From Antedon mediterranea (taxonomy: Eukaryota; Animalia; Echinodermata): a stretch of 64,000 nt of DNA. The notes under the pieces are model-generated. The model was given only the letters and a program-made list of their open reading frames with translations, was not told the DNA's origin and made no database searches. The first letter of the stretch is position 1, and every line of letters begins with the position of its first letter. The DNA lies in assembly GCF_964355755.1 (NCBI RefSeq), contig NC_092676.1:26182871-26246870 (forward strand), written 5' to 3'. This document shows, one piece after another, positions 61,301 to 64,000 of the stretch. Position numbers and translations under genes: made by a program.

Positions 61301-63759
61301 ACTATGATACATTATACTTCATAGTCACACATAAATACTGATGTACGTCGGAAGGCTATATACTTTATGCATGCTGCCTGACTGCCAGTGATCTAAACAA
61401 TTATAGGTACGCAGTTGTCTGGCGGTGTCCTTTGTACGAATCGTTCGTGCGCCAGCTCGCTATGAGACGCGTCAATATCATGTTACATGCAGGGACCAAA
61501 CATTTATTTTTCAGGTTAAAATCGGCAATTCATTTGCAGCTTTTAGAAATTTACAGACACGTATCACTAGTTGACGCTCATACAGAGAAGAAGGTTCACG
61601 AACAAGTTTACGAATTTTTCAATTTACAAACAACTTTTTGTACTGTGGGGCACGTATTTTGAGGATTTTTGGAGATGAGGGTGAGGTATTGGGCATGTCG
61701 GGGATGGGGGTTCGCAGTTTGTTAAGGGGGGTTCGCTGTAAAGGGGGGGGTTCGCCCGAACCATAAAAACCCCCCCTGGCTACGGGCCTGATTAATGTAT
61801 TATTTTTGTTTAAAGGTTACAAACTGAGTACGGTAGTCAATAATTATTGATACTTTACTTAAACCATAAGAACAAAAATGAGATATTTTACGCCGAAATA
61901 GTTACAGATGATGTTATGTATAATGTATTGTGAGCTTTTCTCCGATCTTATATCAGGCAGCTTTAATGTTTTGTACACACGAATTAATTTGTCTGTAAAT
62001 AATATTTTTACATTTTTTAATGATCGTTAAATTATGTTCGATTTGTTATACTTATCTTATGTATTGTTATTGTTTTACTTTTATATGTTCAAGTGCAGTA
62101 TGGAGAACCAATTCGATAGTGCTAAGCACTCATGGCAACCCCAGGGTGCTGCACCGCTGTCATGTTTATACGTTGTTGTTTATGCATGAAAATTGAATAA
62201 AATAAATACTCATAGATTATCTAATATGTCCACAGGGTAAAGTTTATCCATTCACAGGAACATTCCCAACGTTTTACAACCCTCTCGTATGGATGGATAT
62301 CAACCAAGTGATTCGAGGAATCGACAGCCTTGGTGAAAAGGTAACTTGTCTGTCATTAGTATTGATGTCGTCATCATTACCATATTAGTCAAATCAGAGA
62401 CGTCATCATTGCAACAGTCACTTATAATCATTATTAACTATCACTATCATAAGCCCGTTCAGGTTGAGTTATTTACCTGGCGTATAATAAGTTTCATGAA
62501 CTAATTATCGCTAACTTTGGTGGGTATGCCACCGGTTTAAGGCAATCTAACAACAGGATGCTAAGTTCCGGAGATCAAAGGGTTTATATGTGGCTGCGAC
62601 ACGATCAGACACCGCGCGCTGCGGAGAATATGCAGTACTGTTGGTTTTTCGTATCCAGTAAAGCGTGGTTAAGTTCTCACTAGAACGTAACGCAAGGACG
62701 TAAACGCAACGCAAGCGTTTTAACCAATGACAAGCGAAGTTATAGACAGTTAGCAATCACAAGCGAATAAGCCATCGCTTGTGATTGGTCAATTCACTTG
62801 CGTTGCGTCCTTGCGTTGCGTCGCTAGTGGGAACCACGCTTAAGATCAAATGACTGTTACGAGTTCCTATCTTGGCAAGCCGAGCTCAGTTTCCTGTTAA
62901 CCAAGCCTAAACGCGCGCGCACATAGACACACAGATATTTTCTTCGTTATCTTTTGATAACTGTATGATGTCGTATTTTCAGATTCCATCTGCTGATCCT
63001 TGGGATTGTCCTGACGCAGAAGAGTTGGATAATACTACAATGCAAGATTGGATTGATAAGAATACCTTGACGAAGTTAGTAGAATAATAGATAAACGACG
63101 GAGAAACAATGATCAGAATTAAATAATATGCAATCGAATGAAAGAATACATAAGTATACAAACGAATGAATAACCAAGCTAGCATCGTAGAGTTAATAAG
63201 TAGACATCAATTTTACTCTGCCCTGGACATAGGCATTAATACGAATGGGAAATTTGGACGCACACAAGACCGTCTGCTAAGAGTAGCAAAAGAGCTAGAG
63301 GCATTGAAAATTACCCAATTGACGAATGGGTAACCGAGCTAGTATCGTAGAGTTAATAAGTGACATCAATTTTACTCTGCCCTGTGGTAGGCATAAATAC
63401 GAATGGGAAAAACAGATGAATTGTTATTCGCGTGTATGAATAAAAGTAATACAGAATCTGTGTTATTCCTTATGACCATTTAAACACAACGCGAAGCGTA
63501 CGAGCGATTTCCGCTCAGGATAGATATACGTGGGACAAGCGACGTGGTTTTCCACTTACCGTTACCGTTCGTCTGTGTAAATTGACCTTAATGCTTCTTT
63601 GTTTTCTTGTATTTAGGAACGGGTAATAACTTCTGTAAGTCCATGTGTCAACTAACTGTCACATCTCAGCTGACTGAAATGTCAGTGTTGTTTGTTGCAT
63701 GGTACATCAAGCAATGTGGGGGATTTGTGAGAATGATATCAACTAAATTTGGCGGACAG
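58355..63759 (+). pseudogene. MAO: Tandem monoamine oxidase duplicate, exons 1-6 visible and continuing off the window; frameshifted, probable pseudogene
   Basis: Exons 58355-58400, 59938-60032, 60567-60706, 62236-62340, 62983-63074 and 63617-63759 closely match copy 1. Exon 3 is 140 nt versus 141 (GCTAG vs GCTAAG), giving TGA at 62309-62311; exon 6 is 143 nt versus 142. Confidence 0.75.
60717..61790. mobile_element. Non-autonomous hAT-like DNA element (~1.07 kb) in intron 3 of MAO copy 2
   Basis: TIR CAGGGCCGTAGCCAG / CTGGCTACGGGCCTG, flanked by ATTAA on both sides; absent from MAO copy 1. Confidence 0.75.
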
Positions 63760-64000
63760 GTGAGTGGTCAAATAATGATAACAACTTCTGTAGAACCGGT
63801 TATATTAAGCACCTTTGGGATCGGAACCAACAACAAAACAGCAAATGTCCCCTTAAGCGTGGTTCCCACCAGGACGTACGCGCAACGCAAGCGAGTTGAC
63901 CAATGCCAAGCCACTGTTCGAATAATCCATCGCTTGTGATTGGTCAAATCACTTATGTTGCGTTACGTCCTTGCGTGCGTCGCTAGTGGGAACCCAGCTT

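Overview
AT-rich, intron-rich animal genomic DNA; the gene and repeat content suggests a marine invertebrate, possibly an echinoderm (inference). Five spliced genes were reconstructed by hand from splice sites and frame continuity. (1) A type II membrane M1 aminopeptidase (aminopeptidase N-like) on the minus strand, ATG at 20833, running off the left edge. (2) An antisense gene nested in its 10-kb intron, encoding about 588 aa: two tandem degenerate MyD88/TIRAP-type TIR domains and an Asp/His/Cys-rich tail of fifteen 15-aa repeats. This is the most unusual item in the window. (3) SPAG17/PF6 (minus, 48654-26652), with a clear U12 AT-AC intron, a probable GC-AG intron and candidate micro-exons. 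(4) An intact 15-exon, 520-aa monoamine oxidase, head-to-head with SPAG17. (5) A tandem monoamine oxidase copy with two frameshifting indels. Introns contain two abundant Harbinger-like MITE families, a 3.55-kb TIR element carrying a satellite, a long hairpin with regularly spaced tandem G.A mismatches, and tiny palindromes with 7-bp target duplications that look like P-element excision footprints. All calls are by eye; no database searches were run.
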